Source: Candidatus Velamenicoccus archaeovorus
GTDB taxonomy: Bacteria; Omnitrophota; Gorgyraeia; Velamenicoccales; Velamenicoccaceae
Length of the DNA: 32,000 nucleotides
Direction of reading: 5' to 3'
Assembly: GCF_004102945.1 (NCBI RefSeq)
Contig: NZ_CP019384.1
Span: forward strand, 1,800,001 to 1,832,000
Below, in pieces: positions 1 to 7,044 of the stretch. The notes below the pieces were generated by a model, which was given only the letters and a program-made list of their open reading frames with translations, was not told where the DNA came from and did no database searches. The first letter of the stretch is position 1. Every line of letters starts with the position of its first letter. Both the position numbers and the translations under genes were made by a program.

Positions 1-6
1 CCTCTC

Positions 7-81
7 GTCCCCATCGTCTAGCCTGGTCTAGGACACGAGCTTTTCAAGCTTGCGACACCGGTTCGAATCCGGTTGGGGACG
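7..81 (+). tRNA. tRNA-Glu (anticodon UUC)
   Basis: Hand-folded cloverleaf. Acceptor GTCCCCA pairs with TGGGGAC. Anticodon stem is CGAGC/GCTTG (one G-U) with loop TTTTCAA, giving anticodon TTC. T-arm is CCGGTTCGAATCCGG. Discriminator is G and no CCA is encoded. Closely resembles bacterial tRNA-Glu. Confidence 0.9.
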
Positions 82-91
82 CTAAAATCTC

Positions 92-123
92 AAAGGCCCT
101 CTTGACGAGGGCCTTTTCCTTTT
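92..123 (+). terminator. Rho-independent terminator after tRNA-Glu
   Basis: Stem GGCCCTC (95-101) / GAGGGCC (107-113), loop TTGAC, followed by TTTT CC TTTT. Confidence 0.75.
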
Positions 124-233
124 CCAGAAGGAACCTTACTGGACGGCGGCCTCCCTCTTGATCAGCAAAGAAAAAACGCCTCCCGGCCTCTTTTTTATCG
201 ACGACTGTCTGCGCCATTGTTTTTTATATTTAG

Positions 234-262
234 TTGCACATGGTGCCTTTTTTTGATATTTT
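234..262 (+). promoter_or_regulatory. Candidate sigma70-type promoter for the FIST/kinase genes
   Basis: TTGCAC (234-239), 17-nt spacer, TATTTT (257-262), within an AT-rich tract upstream of the FIST gene. Motif match only. Confidence 0.3.
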
Positions 263-317
263 TAATCAAGGTGCGGATTAAACCCTTCCTTTATGTGGAA
301 TGCGGAGATTCATTACC

Positions 318-1526
318 ATGAGCACACTGATCGGGGTTGGGTTCAGCGAAAAAAAAGACCCTTTCTTGGCCGCCTCCGAGGCAGCCAAGATGGCCCTTTA
401 TCAGATTCATCACCGGCCCATCACCGTCGCCTTCCTGTTTTCCACCATCCACTTTGCACACCAGCGTCTTCTCGAGGGCATCTATTACGCCCTGGGGCAT
501 ATCAAACTCCTGGGATGCACGGGTTCAAGCGTTATCTGGCCCGAAGCGATCAACAAATACGGCGTCGGCCTTATGCTCATCAGCATGGACCACGTCACGT
601 TCGGACAGGCCCATAGCGTCGGCATCAAGACCAAAGGGGCGCGCCAGATCGGAGAAGAATTCGCGCGCCAGGCCCTCAAGAACCTGAGCACGCCCCAGCG
701 GGACCTGGCTCTCATCTTCTGCGACGGCATCGTCGAGAACGGATCCGATCTCCTCAAAGGCATCAAGGACATTCTGGGATTGAGCTTCCCTATCTTCGGC
801 GCTTCCGCGGCCGACAACTTCCGTTTCCACCAGACATACCAGTATTTTGACAAGGAATTGCTGACGGACGGCGTCGCAGGCCTCATTTTTTCCGGCGAGA
901 ATATTTTCGGCATGGGGGTACGGCATGGCTGGAAGCCTCTCGGCAGACCGCACACCATCACCGGCGTCAAAGGCAATGTGATCAAGACCATTGAAGAAAA
1001 ACCGGCCGTGACCATCTATGAAGAATACTTCGGGAAATCCAGGAAAGAGATCGAAAAGACCCTCATCGAGATGAGCATCTACTATCCCCTCGGGCTCTAT
1101 GTGCCCGGGGAAACGGAATACCTCCTGCGCAACGTCCTGAGGATTGACGAAGACGGCGGGCTTGTCTGTCAGGGCGATGCTTCCGTCGGAAGCGAAGTCC
1201 GCCTGATGATGGGAACGAAGGAATGGGCGCTCAATGCTGCAACGCAGGCTGCCCAAGAGGCCAAAGACTCTCTCAAGGACAAAGAAGTCAAGGGGGCCCT
1301 TGTGTTCGAATCCATCTCCCGCAACAAACTCCTGGGACGATTGACAGAAAGAGAGTTATCGCGTATAAAAAAGGTGTTGGGCAATGTCCCGATCCTGGGC
1401 ATCTGCAGTTACGGCGAACAGGCGCCGCTGAAATCGCTGGAACATTACGGGGAGACCTACTTCCACAACGAAACCCTGGCCATCCTGGCCATTGGAGAAT
1501 CGCATGCCGCCGACAAGCACATTTAA
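318..1526 (+). CDS. FIST domain signal-transduction protein (cytoplasmic sensor module)
   Basis: The ORF runs 300-1526. I prefer the ATG at 318 because GGAG at 304-307 lies 10 nt upstream. The N-terminus (STLIGVGFSEKKDPFLAASEAAKMA) and overall ~400-aa layout match FIST_N/FIST_C proteins as I remember them. No TM segments. Confidence 0.75.
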   Translation: MSTLIGVGFSEKKDPFLAASEAAKMALYQIHHRPITVAFLFSTIHFAHQRLLEGIYYALGHIKLLGCTGSSVIWPEAINKYGVGLMLISMDHVTFGQAHSVGIKTKGARQIGEEFARQALKNLSTPQRDLALIFCDGIVENGSDLLKGIKDILGLSFPIFGASAADNFRFHQTYQYFDKELLTDGVAGLIFSGENIFGMGVRHGWKPLGRPHTITGVKGNVIKTIEEKPAVTIYEEYFGKSRKEIEKTLIEMSIYYPLGLYVPGETEYLLRNVLRIDEDGGLVCQGDASVGSEVRLMMGTKEWALNAATQAAQEAKDSLKDKEVKGALVFESISRNKLLGRLTERELSRIKKVLGNVPILGICSYGEQAPLKSLEHYGETYFHNETLAILAIGESHAADKHI

Positions 1527-3024
1527 CACCCCCTCTTCCCTGGAAATCCTCATCAGCTATATGGGCATGTTCGGGATGATCGCCGTCATCGTCCTGGTCA
1601 TCATCCTGGTCTTCAAGATGGAAAAGATCAAAGAGCTGAAGACCGAGCTGGCCAAACTCAAGCGGGCCTTTGAAGAACTCGACGGCCAGGCCAAACTGAT
1701 CGTCCAGACAGACGTCGAACTCCACAAGGCCCAGGAAGAGCTGGACAAAAAAATCTCCAGCCTTGTGACCCTGCAAAAACTCAGCCGCCTGATCTCGACG
1801 ACCCTCGACGAAGAAGAGATATTCCAGAAGCTCGACGAGAAACACATCACCGAACTGGGGTTCGACCGGGCCGTCGTCTTCTGCCGGGATGAAACAAAAG
1901 GCTACCTGTTGAAGGCCGCGATCGGCTATACGGCCGAGGAGGCGGACCGCATCATGAAACTCATGACGGGCATGCCCCTGCTCATGGACACCGTCATGAA
2001 CAAACACAAGGTCCTCTCGACCCTGGAGATGGACCGCGCCGCCAAGGAAACGCCGCACCTGCTCTCCATGCTGGGGCTTTCCTCCTTTGTCTGCGCCCCC
2101 ATGATGCAGAAAGAAGGCGCTGTCGGCCTTCTCCTGATGGGCAGCGAATCCCCCTACACGCATATGACCGAAGGCGATAAAGACCTCGTCTACATCCTGG
2201 CGACGCAAATCGGCCAGTCCATCGAGAATGCCAAGCTTTTTGAAGAACAGTGGCACGCCCAGCAGGAACTCGAAAACAAGATCCAGCTGAGGACAAAGGA
2301 ACTGTCGGCGGCCCTGGAAGAGATCAAGGTCGTCAGCAAAAGAAAATCAGATTTCATCAATGCGGTCTCCCATGAACTGCGCACACCCCTGACATCCATT
2401 AAAGGTTACGCCTCGATCCTCGCCGCAGGCAAGCTGGGTGAATTGCCTGCCGCGGCCAAGGAAAGGGTTGAAAAGATCAACAAACATTCCGACAATCTTT
2501 CCGAGCTTATCAACGGGCTCCTGGACATCTCCCGCATCGAATCCGGCCGCGTGGAGATGAAGCTGGAGCCTCTCGACCTCCTGAACATGGCGCAGTCGCT
2601 CGCTGACATGCTGGCGCCGCCCATGAAAGACAAAAATGTCGAATTCGTCGTCGATATTCCCGAGGGGCTGCCGCAGGTCAGGGCCGATAAAGGACAACTG
2701 GAACGCGTCTTTATCAATCTTATCGGCAACGCCATTAAATTCACGCCGCCGGGCGGCAAGATCACGGTAGCGGCGAGGCCCGTGGACAACGCCATGATCC
2801 AGGTCGGCGTCAGTGACACAGGCATCGGCATCAGTGAGCACGACCTCAAGAAGCTCGGCGAAGAATTTTTCCGCGTCGACAACGACGTCAATGCCAAAGT
2901 CAAGGGCACAGGCCTGGGGCTTTCTTTGGTCAAACGCATCATTGAAGCCCACCAGGGAACCTTTTCCATTTCAAGCCAGCTCAACCACGGCAGCACATTC
3001 TCTTTCACGCTGCCCAAGATGTGA
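1504..3024 (+). CDS. Sensor histidine kinase (single N-terminal TM, coiled coil, GAF-like domain, HisKA, HATPase_c)
   Basis: The ORF track starts at TTG 1492. The ATG at 1504 is preceded by GGAG (1494-1497). TM segment is MFGMIAVIVLVIILVF. H-box is SHELRTPLTSIKGY. N, G1 and G2 boxes are NLIGNAIKFT, DTGIGI and GTGLGLS. The start overlaps the FIST stop codon (1524-1526) by 23 nt, suggesting coupling. Confidence 0.9.
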   Translation: MPPTSTFNTPSSLEILISYMGMFGMIAVIVLVIILVFKMEKIKELKTELAKLKRAFEELDGQAKLIVQTDVELHKAQEELDKKISSLVTLQKLSRLISTTLDEEEIFQKLDEKHITELGFDRAVVFCRDETKGYLLKAAIGYTAEEADRIMKLMTGMPLLMDTVMNKHKVLSTLEMDRAAKETPHLLSMLGLSSFVCAPMMQKEGAVGLLLMGSESPYTHMTEGDKDLVYILATQIGQSIENAKLFEEQWHAQQELENKIQLRTKELSAALEEIKVVSKRKSDFINAVSHELRTPLTSIKGYASILAAGKLGELPAAAKERVEKINKHSDNLSELINGLLDISRIESGRVEMKLEPLDLLNMAQSLADMLAPPMKDKNVEFVVDIPEGLPQVRADKGQLERVFINLIGNAIKFTPPGGKITVAARPVDNAMIQVGVSDTGIGISEHDLKKLGEEFFRVDNDVNAKVKGTGLGLSLVKRIIEAHQGTFSISSQLNHGSTFSFTLPKM

Positions 3025-3029
3025 AGCCT

Positions 3030-3056
3030 CCCCGGCCTTTAGACCGGGGTTTCTCC
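3030..3056 (+). terminator. Possible terminator or attenuator after the kinase gene
   Basis: Stem CCCCGG (3030-3035) / CCGGGG (3044-3049), followed by TTTCTCC. The stem is short and the U-tract weak. Confidence 0.35.
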
Positions 3057-3148
3057 TGATTAAAAGGCTTGCCGTTTACGGCCCCTTCTGACGCCGCCGC
3101 GGCAACTCGTGGCTTACAACAGAATTGTGTCAAAAAACGCCAAAAATA

Positions 3149-3157
3149 TGCTATGAT
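3149..3157 (+). promoter_or_regulatory. Candidate extended -10 promoter element for the response-regulator genes
   Basis: TGcTATGAT at 3149-3157, ~45 nt upstream of the ATG at 3206. No convincing -35 (TGTCAA at 3128-3133 is poor). Confidence 0.25.
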
Positions 3158-3205
3158 ATTTTATAGAGCCCGTGAGAACAACCGTGGCCACCATCAGGAG
3201 TGTAT

Positions 3206-3952
3206 ATGACTACAAAAAAGAAAATCCTCGTGATCGACGACGAGGCGGACATCAGGGAGATCGTCCGGATCTACCTTGAAGAGGAAGGTTGTGAAGTGAT
3301 CGAGGCCTCCAACGGCCAAGAAGGCATTTTAAAGGCCCAGAGCGAAAAACCGGACCTGATCGTGCTCGATATCATGCTGCCCGGAATCAACGGTTTCGAG
3401 GTGGCCAAGCACCTCAAAGACGACCCAAACACCCAGGACATCCCCGTCATCATCCTGTCCGTATTGGCCCAGGACTCCCAGTACCGCCAGGGCATCCTGG
3501 ATTATATCTCAAAACCTTTCCGTCAGGAGGAGCTCGTGGCCACCGTCAGACGCATTTTCTCAAAAGTGAACGGCAAGAGCCCGAAAAAGACCATTCTTGT
3601 CGTCGACGACGATCCGGACATTGTCGACATCATCGCCATCTGCCTCAAGGACAACAATCTCAATCCAGAAAAAGCATATAATGGGCAAGAGGCCCTGCAA
3701 AAAGTCAAGACAAACAAGGTCGATCTCATCCTCTTGGACATCAATATGCCCGGCATGAACGGCTTCGAAGTCATCAGGCACTTGAAACTCGATCCCGCAA
3801 CTTGCGATATCCCTGTCGTGGTCCTTACCGGCACCTACATCTCCGATGAAGACAAGCGTCACGGCCTGACGCTGGGAGTCGCAAAATATCTCACCAAACC
3901 TTTTTCCGCCGACGATCTCGTCAAAGAAATCAAGGGTTCGCTCCATGCCTAA
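3206..3952 (+). CDS. Tandem-receiver (REC-REC) response regulator without an output domain
   Basis: The ORF runs 3200-3952. The ATG at 3206 lies 5 nt after AGGAG (3196-3200). It has two complete receiver domains: ILVIDDE...LIVLDIMLPG...SKPF and ILVVDDD...LILLDINMPG...TKPF. Each keeps the acidic pocket, phospho-acceptor Asp and conserved Lys. Confidence 0.9.
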   Translation: MTTKKKILVIDDEADIREIVRIYLEEEGCEVIEASNGQEGILKAQSEKPDLIVLDIMLPGINGFEVAKHLKDDPNTQDIPVIILSVLAQDSQYRQGILDYISKPFRQEELVATVRRIFSKVNGKSPKKTILVVDDDPDIVDIIAICLKDNNLNPEKAYNGQEALQKVKTNKVDLILLDINMPGMNGFEVIRHLKLDPATCDIPVVVLTGTYISDEDKRHGLTLGVAKYLTKPFSADDLVKEIKGSLHA

Positions 3953-4901
3953 AACGCGCATCATCGTCATCGACGACGACCCGGACATCCGGGATGTCCT
4001 GAGTCTGACCTTGACTGAAGAAGGCTACGACATCCTGGAGGCGGAAAACGGCCTGGAAGGCGTTGAGATCATCAAAAACAAGGCGCCGAACCTCGTCATT
4101 GTCGACTACAACATGCCGAAGATGACAGGACCGCAGCTGTGCGCGATCATCAAGAAAGACATCCTGCTGAGCCACCTGCCCATCATCATGCTGACGGGCA
4201 AGAGCGACGTCTCCGACAAAGTCTCCGGCATCAACGCCGGCGCCGACGATTATCTCGTCAAACCCTTCGAGCCCCAGGAACTCCTGGCGCGCATCAAAAT
4301 GATCCTGCGGCGATCCGAACGCGATCTCGACGCCAATCCTCTCACGAGGCTCCCCGGCAACGTCTCCATCCTGAACGAACTCCAGGACAGGATCGACAAA
4401 AAGGGCCCCATCGCCGTCATCTATGCCGACTTGGACAAATTCAAGGTCTACAACGATAAATATGGATTCACCCGCGGCGACGAAGTCATCCGGGAAACGG
4501 CAAGGTCCCTCATCCGCGCGACACAGGAATGCGGCAATGCCGATGATTTCATCGGCCACATCGGCGGAGACGACTTTGTCGTCATGACCACGCCGGACAA
4601 GTGCGAAGCGATCTCGACGAAAGTGATCGAAGGATTCGAAAAGATCTCGCCGTCCTTCTATACGGAAGAAGACCGGCAGGCCGGATACATCATGGGAAAG
4701 GACCGCAAGGGAGTCGAGCAAAAATTCGGGCTCCTCTCCATCTCCATGGGGATCGTGACCAACGAAAACCGGCAGCTGACGCACGTGGCCCAGATCGCCG
4801 AGATCGGCGCAGAACTCAAGGAAGCCGCCAAACGCATCGATCGCTCCAGCTATATCAAAGACAGAAGAGTCGAAGACAGAAGAACGGAATTCAGAACCTG
4901 A
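3945..4901 (+). CDS. Response regulator with GGDEF-family output domain (motif reads GGDDF)
   Basis: The receiver is IIVIDDD...LVIVDYNMP...VKPF. The GGDEF-like domain is YADLDKFKVYNDKYGFTRGDEV...IGHIGGDDFVVM. The motif codons ggc gga gac gac ttt lie at 4563-4577. The start overlaps the upstream stop by 8 nt. Confidence 0.85.
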   Translation: MPKTRIIVIDDDPDIRDVLSLTLTEEGYDILEAENGLEGVEIIKNKAPNLVIVDYNMPKMTGPQLCAIIKKDILLSHLPIIMLTGKSDVSDKVSGINAGADDYLVKPFEPQELLARIKMILRRSERDLDANPLTRLPGNVSILNELQDRIDKKGPIAVIYADLDKFKVYNDKYGFTRGDEVIRETARSLIRATQECGNADDFIGHIGGDDFVVMTTPDKCEAISTKVIEGFEKISPSFYTEEDRQAGYIMGKDRKGVEQKFGLLSISMGIVTNENRQLTHVAQIAEIGAELKEAAKRIDRSSYIKDRRVEDRRTEFRT

Positions 4902-4925
4902 TCATCGATGACGCCGGTAATAAAT

Positions 4926-4960
4926 AAAAACCTGCATAGGTCCTTATGCGGGTTTTTTTA
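4926..4960 (+). terminator. Rho-independent terminator after the GGDEF gene
   Basis: Stem CCTGCATA (4931-4938) / TATGCGGG (4945-4952) with one G-U pair, then a T7 run (4953-4959). An A-run on the 5' side gives it a bidirectional appearance. Confidence 0.8.
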
Positions 4961-4965
4961 TTCCC

Positions 4966-5031
4966 GTGCCGGGTAACGGGGTTCCAGGTTTCTGTTCCTT
5001 GCCGTCCCCGGCCGACAGCCGGTGAACCTAC
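4966..5031. repeat. Repeat A, copy 1 (66 nt)
   Basis: 63/66 identical by eye to 5295-5360. It begins with GTGCCGGGTAACGGGG, a diverged copy of the tRNA-Leu 3' end as read on the + strand. Confidence 0.9.
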
Positions 5032-5109
5032 GGAGGACCCCTGTCTGCCTTGAAAAACTGTATTCACAGAGGGCAGGCATCCAGCGACATCCCGCCGCAA
5101 AGGCGGGGC

Positions 5110-5160
5110 AAACAAGTTGGGCTGCCCCGATCATTGGGACAGCCCAAGCTCTGATATGGT
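5110..5160. repeat. Repeat B, copy 1 (51 nt)
   Basis: 51/51 identical by eye to 5361-5411. It contains the hairpin TTGGGCTGcCCC...GGGaCAGCCCAA. In copy 1 a 78-nt segment (5032-5109) separates it from repeat A. Confidence 0.9.
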
Positions 5161-5294
5161 TCTGCTCCGCAGCAATTCCCTCGCGTTCATTGCTTCGTAG
5201 CCGTGGGCAAAAGCACCACGGCGAAGAAGAATGGTGCCTAGCACCGAGAGATTCTTTGGTTATTTCGCCTTCCTTAAGCTACGCAGCAAACCAG

Positions 5295-5411
5295 GTGCCG
5301 GGTAACGGGGTTTCAGGTTTCTGTTCCTTGCCGTCCCCGGCCGACAGCCGGTCGACCTACAAACAAGTTGGGCTGCCCCGATCATTGGGACAGCCCAAGC
5401 TCTGATATGGT
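5295..5411. repeat. Repeats A+B, copy 2 (contiguous 117-nt unit)
   Basis: A2 is 5295-5360 and B2 is 5361-5411. B2 runs directly into the exact 20-nt tRNA-Leu 3'-end copy. Confidence 0.9.
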
Positions 5412-5427
5412 GCCGGGAAAGGGGGTC
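5408..5427 (-). repeat. Exact 20-nt duplicate of the tRNA-Leu 3' end (att-like core)
   Basis: TGGTGCCGGGAAAGGGGGTC at 5408-5427 equals 5556-5575. That segment covers the complement of CCA, the discriminator, the 3' acceptor strand, the 3' T-stem and part of the T-loop. Confidence 0.85.
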
Positions 5428-5502
5428 CCCTCGACTTCGCTCGGGACTCCTTCGCTTTCGCTTGAGTCGCGAACCCTCACCTTGATGGCGTAAGGGTTCT
5501 TA

Positions 5503-5547
5503 TCTCACAAATCAAAACGGCTCACCTCATCATGGCGGTGAGCCGTT
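5503..5547 (-). terminator. Rho-independent terminator immediately downstream of tRNA-Leu
   Basis: Perfect 11-bp stem AACGGCTCACC (5516-5526) / GGTGAGCCGTT (5537-5547). On the minus strand it is followed by TTTGATTTGTG. Confidence 0.8.
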
Positions 5548-5555
5548 AATGAAAC

Positions 5556-5640
5556 TGGTGCCGGGAAAGGGGGTCGAACCCTTACGCCTTACGGCATACG
5601 CCCCTCAAACGTATGTGTCTGCCAATTCCACCATCCCGGC
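5556..5640 (-). tRNA. tRNA-Leu (anticodon GAG), type II with long variable arm, CCA encoded
   Basis: The reverse complement reads GCCGGGATGGTGGAATTGGCAGACACATACGTTTGAGGGGCGTATGCCGTAAGGCGTAAGGGTTCGACCCCCTTTCCCGGCACCA. Acceptor is GCCGGGA/TCCCGGC. Anticodon loop is TTGAGGG. The variable arm is long and the T-arm is AAGGGTTCGACCCCCTT. Confidence 0.9.
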
Positions 5641-5715
5641 AAATCCTAAATGTCACACCCCCCGGACGTGGCCTGGACACAAAATTTTCGTCGGCCGCAA
5701 ACCGGCATTCGGAAA

Positions 5716-6756
5716 CTATGCGCTTTCAAAAAGCTTCTTGTCGTGGATCCACGGCAGGGCCGATTCCTGGGAAATCTTTCCCGCAGCGACGAGAGCCCGC
5801 AAAGACCTCTCCATCGGCTGCATGCCCAACTGGACGCCTGTCTCAATTTCCGTTGCAATGAGGTGTGTCTTTCTGCTGCGAATCAATTGACGGATCGCCG
5901 TCGTCACAACCATGATCTCGCAGGCCAGATGGCGCCTGCCGCCTTCTGCGGAAGGCAGAAGGACCTGCGAGACGACCATCTCAAGGCTCTCGGCCAGCTG
6001 GGTGCGGATCTGCTCCTGCTGATGCGGAGGAAAAATATCAACGATCCTGTCGATGGTCTGGGCCGCACCGCGCGTGTGGAGCGTCCCCAGGACCAAATGG
6101 CCTGTTTCCGCCGCAGTCATGGCCATAGAGATCGTATCCAAATCGCGCAATTCGCCGACCAGAATGACATCGGGATCTTCGCGCAGGGCGCTGCGCAGGG
6201 CCTCTGAAAAAGAACGGGTGTGTGTCCCCACTTCGCGCTGATTGACGATACATCTTTTGTGGGCATGGACAAATTCCACAGGATCTTCGATGGTGATGAT
6301 GTGGTCATGCCTCCTGGCATTGATCATATCGATGATGGCCGCCAATGTCGTCGATTTTCCGCTGCCCGTGACACCCGTCACCAGCACCAGGCCGCGCTTC
6401 ATCTCGCTGACCTTGCCGACGACCTCGGGAACACCCAGCTCACTCAACGTCCGGATAAGGGCCGGAACAAGACGGAAGGCCGCACACAATCCATTACGGT
6501 CATAATAGATATTGACCCGGAAACGGGCCACGCCCTTGATCTCGATGCCAAGATCGATTTCCTCTCCAGGCACCAGCTTCTTGTCTTCCGGAAGGATCTT
6601 TGCGGCCATCTCCAGGATCTGGGCGCTTTCAAGGACCTCATCCTCGAGCCTTTCCAAAACGCCGTTCAAACGCATCATCGGCGGCAATCCCGGCGTCAAG
6701 TGCAGGTCCGAAGCCCCTTTGGCCACGATATGCTTCAATAAGTCTCTGATATCCAT
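5716..6756 (-). CDS. pilT: Type IV pilus retraction ATPase PilT
   Basis: 346 aa. N-terminus is MDIRDLLKHIVAKGASDLHL. Walker A is GVTGSGKST. The LVGELRD and TGHLVLGTLHT motifs are typical of PilT/PilU-type secretion ATPases. Confidence 0.9.
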   Translation of the reverse strand: MDIRDLLKHIVAKGASDLHLTPGLPPMMRLNGVLERLEDEVLESAQILEMAAKILPEDKKLVPGEEIDLGIEIKGVARFRVNIYYDRNGLCAAFRLVPALIRTLSELGVPEVVGKVSEMKRGLVLVTGVTGSGKSTTLAAIIDMINARRHDHIITIEDPVEFVHAHKRCIVNQREVGTHTRSFSEALRSALREDPDVILVGELRDLDTISMAMTAAETGHLVLGTLHTRGAAQTIDRIVDIFPPHQQEQIRTQLAESLEMVVSQVLLPSAEGGRRHLACEIMVVTTAIRQLIRSRKTHLIATEIETGVQLGMQPMERSLRALVAAGKISQESALPWIHDKKLFESA

Positions 6757-6781
6757 AGAATCCGGCGAAAAACAACCCCCA

Positions 6782-6810
6782 TAGACAGTCTGAATGAATG
6801 ATATTATAAT
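6782..6810 (+). promoter_or_regulatory. Candidate sigma70 promoter for the 7045-7368 gene, divergent from and overlapping the pilT promoter
   Basis: TAGACA (6782-6787), 17-nt spacer, TATAAT (6805-6810). The two -10 boxes share the palindrome ATTATAAT (6803-6810). The predicted leader is ~228 nt. Confidence 0.5.
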
Positions 6811-6830
6811 GCTTTAAAAAGAGAAGACAA
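6803..6830 (-). promoter_or_regulatory. Candidate sigma70 promoter for pilT
   Basis: On the minus strand: TTGTCT (6825-6830), 16-nt spacer, TATAAT (6803-6808). This lies ~45 nt upstream of the pilT ATG. Confidence 0.5.
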
Positions 6831-6890
6831 GAAAAAAATGAGACTCCCTGCGGCAAGCTGCAGGGTATCGTGCATGCGAAAGCGAAATTC

Positions 6891-7016
6891 CTTCGAAGCC
6901 GAATACCCGGATGACCCTGCGTCGCAGGAGTTCTTCATTCGCCTTCATCCCGTATAGGGACGTTGCCCCAAAGGGACTTTACGTCCCCACGGCTTGCCGC
7001 GGGGTATTCGGCGAAG
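6891..7016 (+). promoter_or_regulatory. Structured 5'-leader domain (three-way-junction-like), unclassified
   Basis: A long-range 11-bp helix pairs GCCGAATACCC (6898-6908) with GGGTATTCGGC (7002-7012), and CTTC/GAAG extends it. It encloses helix GGATGA (6909-6914) / TCATCC (6945-6950), which has an inner hairpin at 6916-6928. It also encloses helix GGGACGT (6957-6963) / ACGTCCC (6981-6987). The domain ends 19 nt before the SD GGAGGA (7035-7040). Confidence 0.3.
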
Positions 7017-7044
7017 AAGAATAAACCGGTACGGGGAGGAAGTC

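Noticed and set aside
1288-2256. 322-aa minus-strand ORF antisense to the histidine kinase.
   Set aside because: It lies entirely inside a well-supported + strand gene. Its composition is low-complexity and rich in Gly, Asp, Gln and Phe, which is typical of antisense frames in GC-rich DNA. I recognise no motif in it.
5295-5360. Repeat A considered as a functional tRNA or tmRNA-like gene on the minus strand. It ends in ...GTTACCCGGCACC.
   Set aside because: Only the acceptor 3' strand is tRNA-like. No T-arm (GGTTCGAnnCC), D-arm or complementary 5' acceptor strand can be folded. The terminal CCA is replaced by CCT or CGG.
6838-6957. 39-codon uORF (MRLPAASCRVSC...) in the structured leader.
   Set aside because: There is no SD (the upstream sequence is AAGAAAAAAA), and the composition is unremarkable. 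I kept it only as an alternative explanation within the leader finding.
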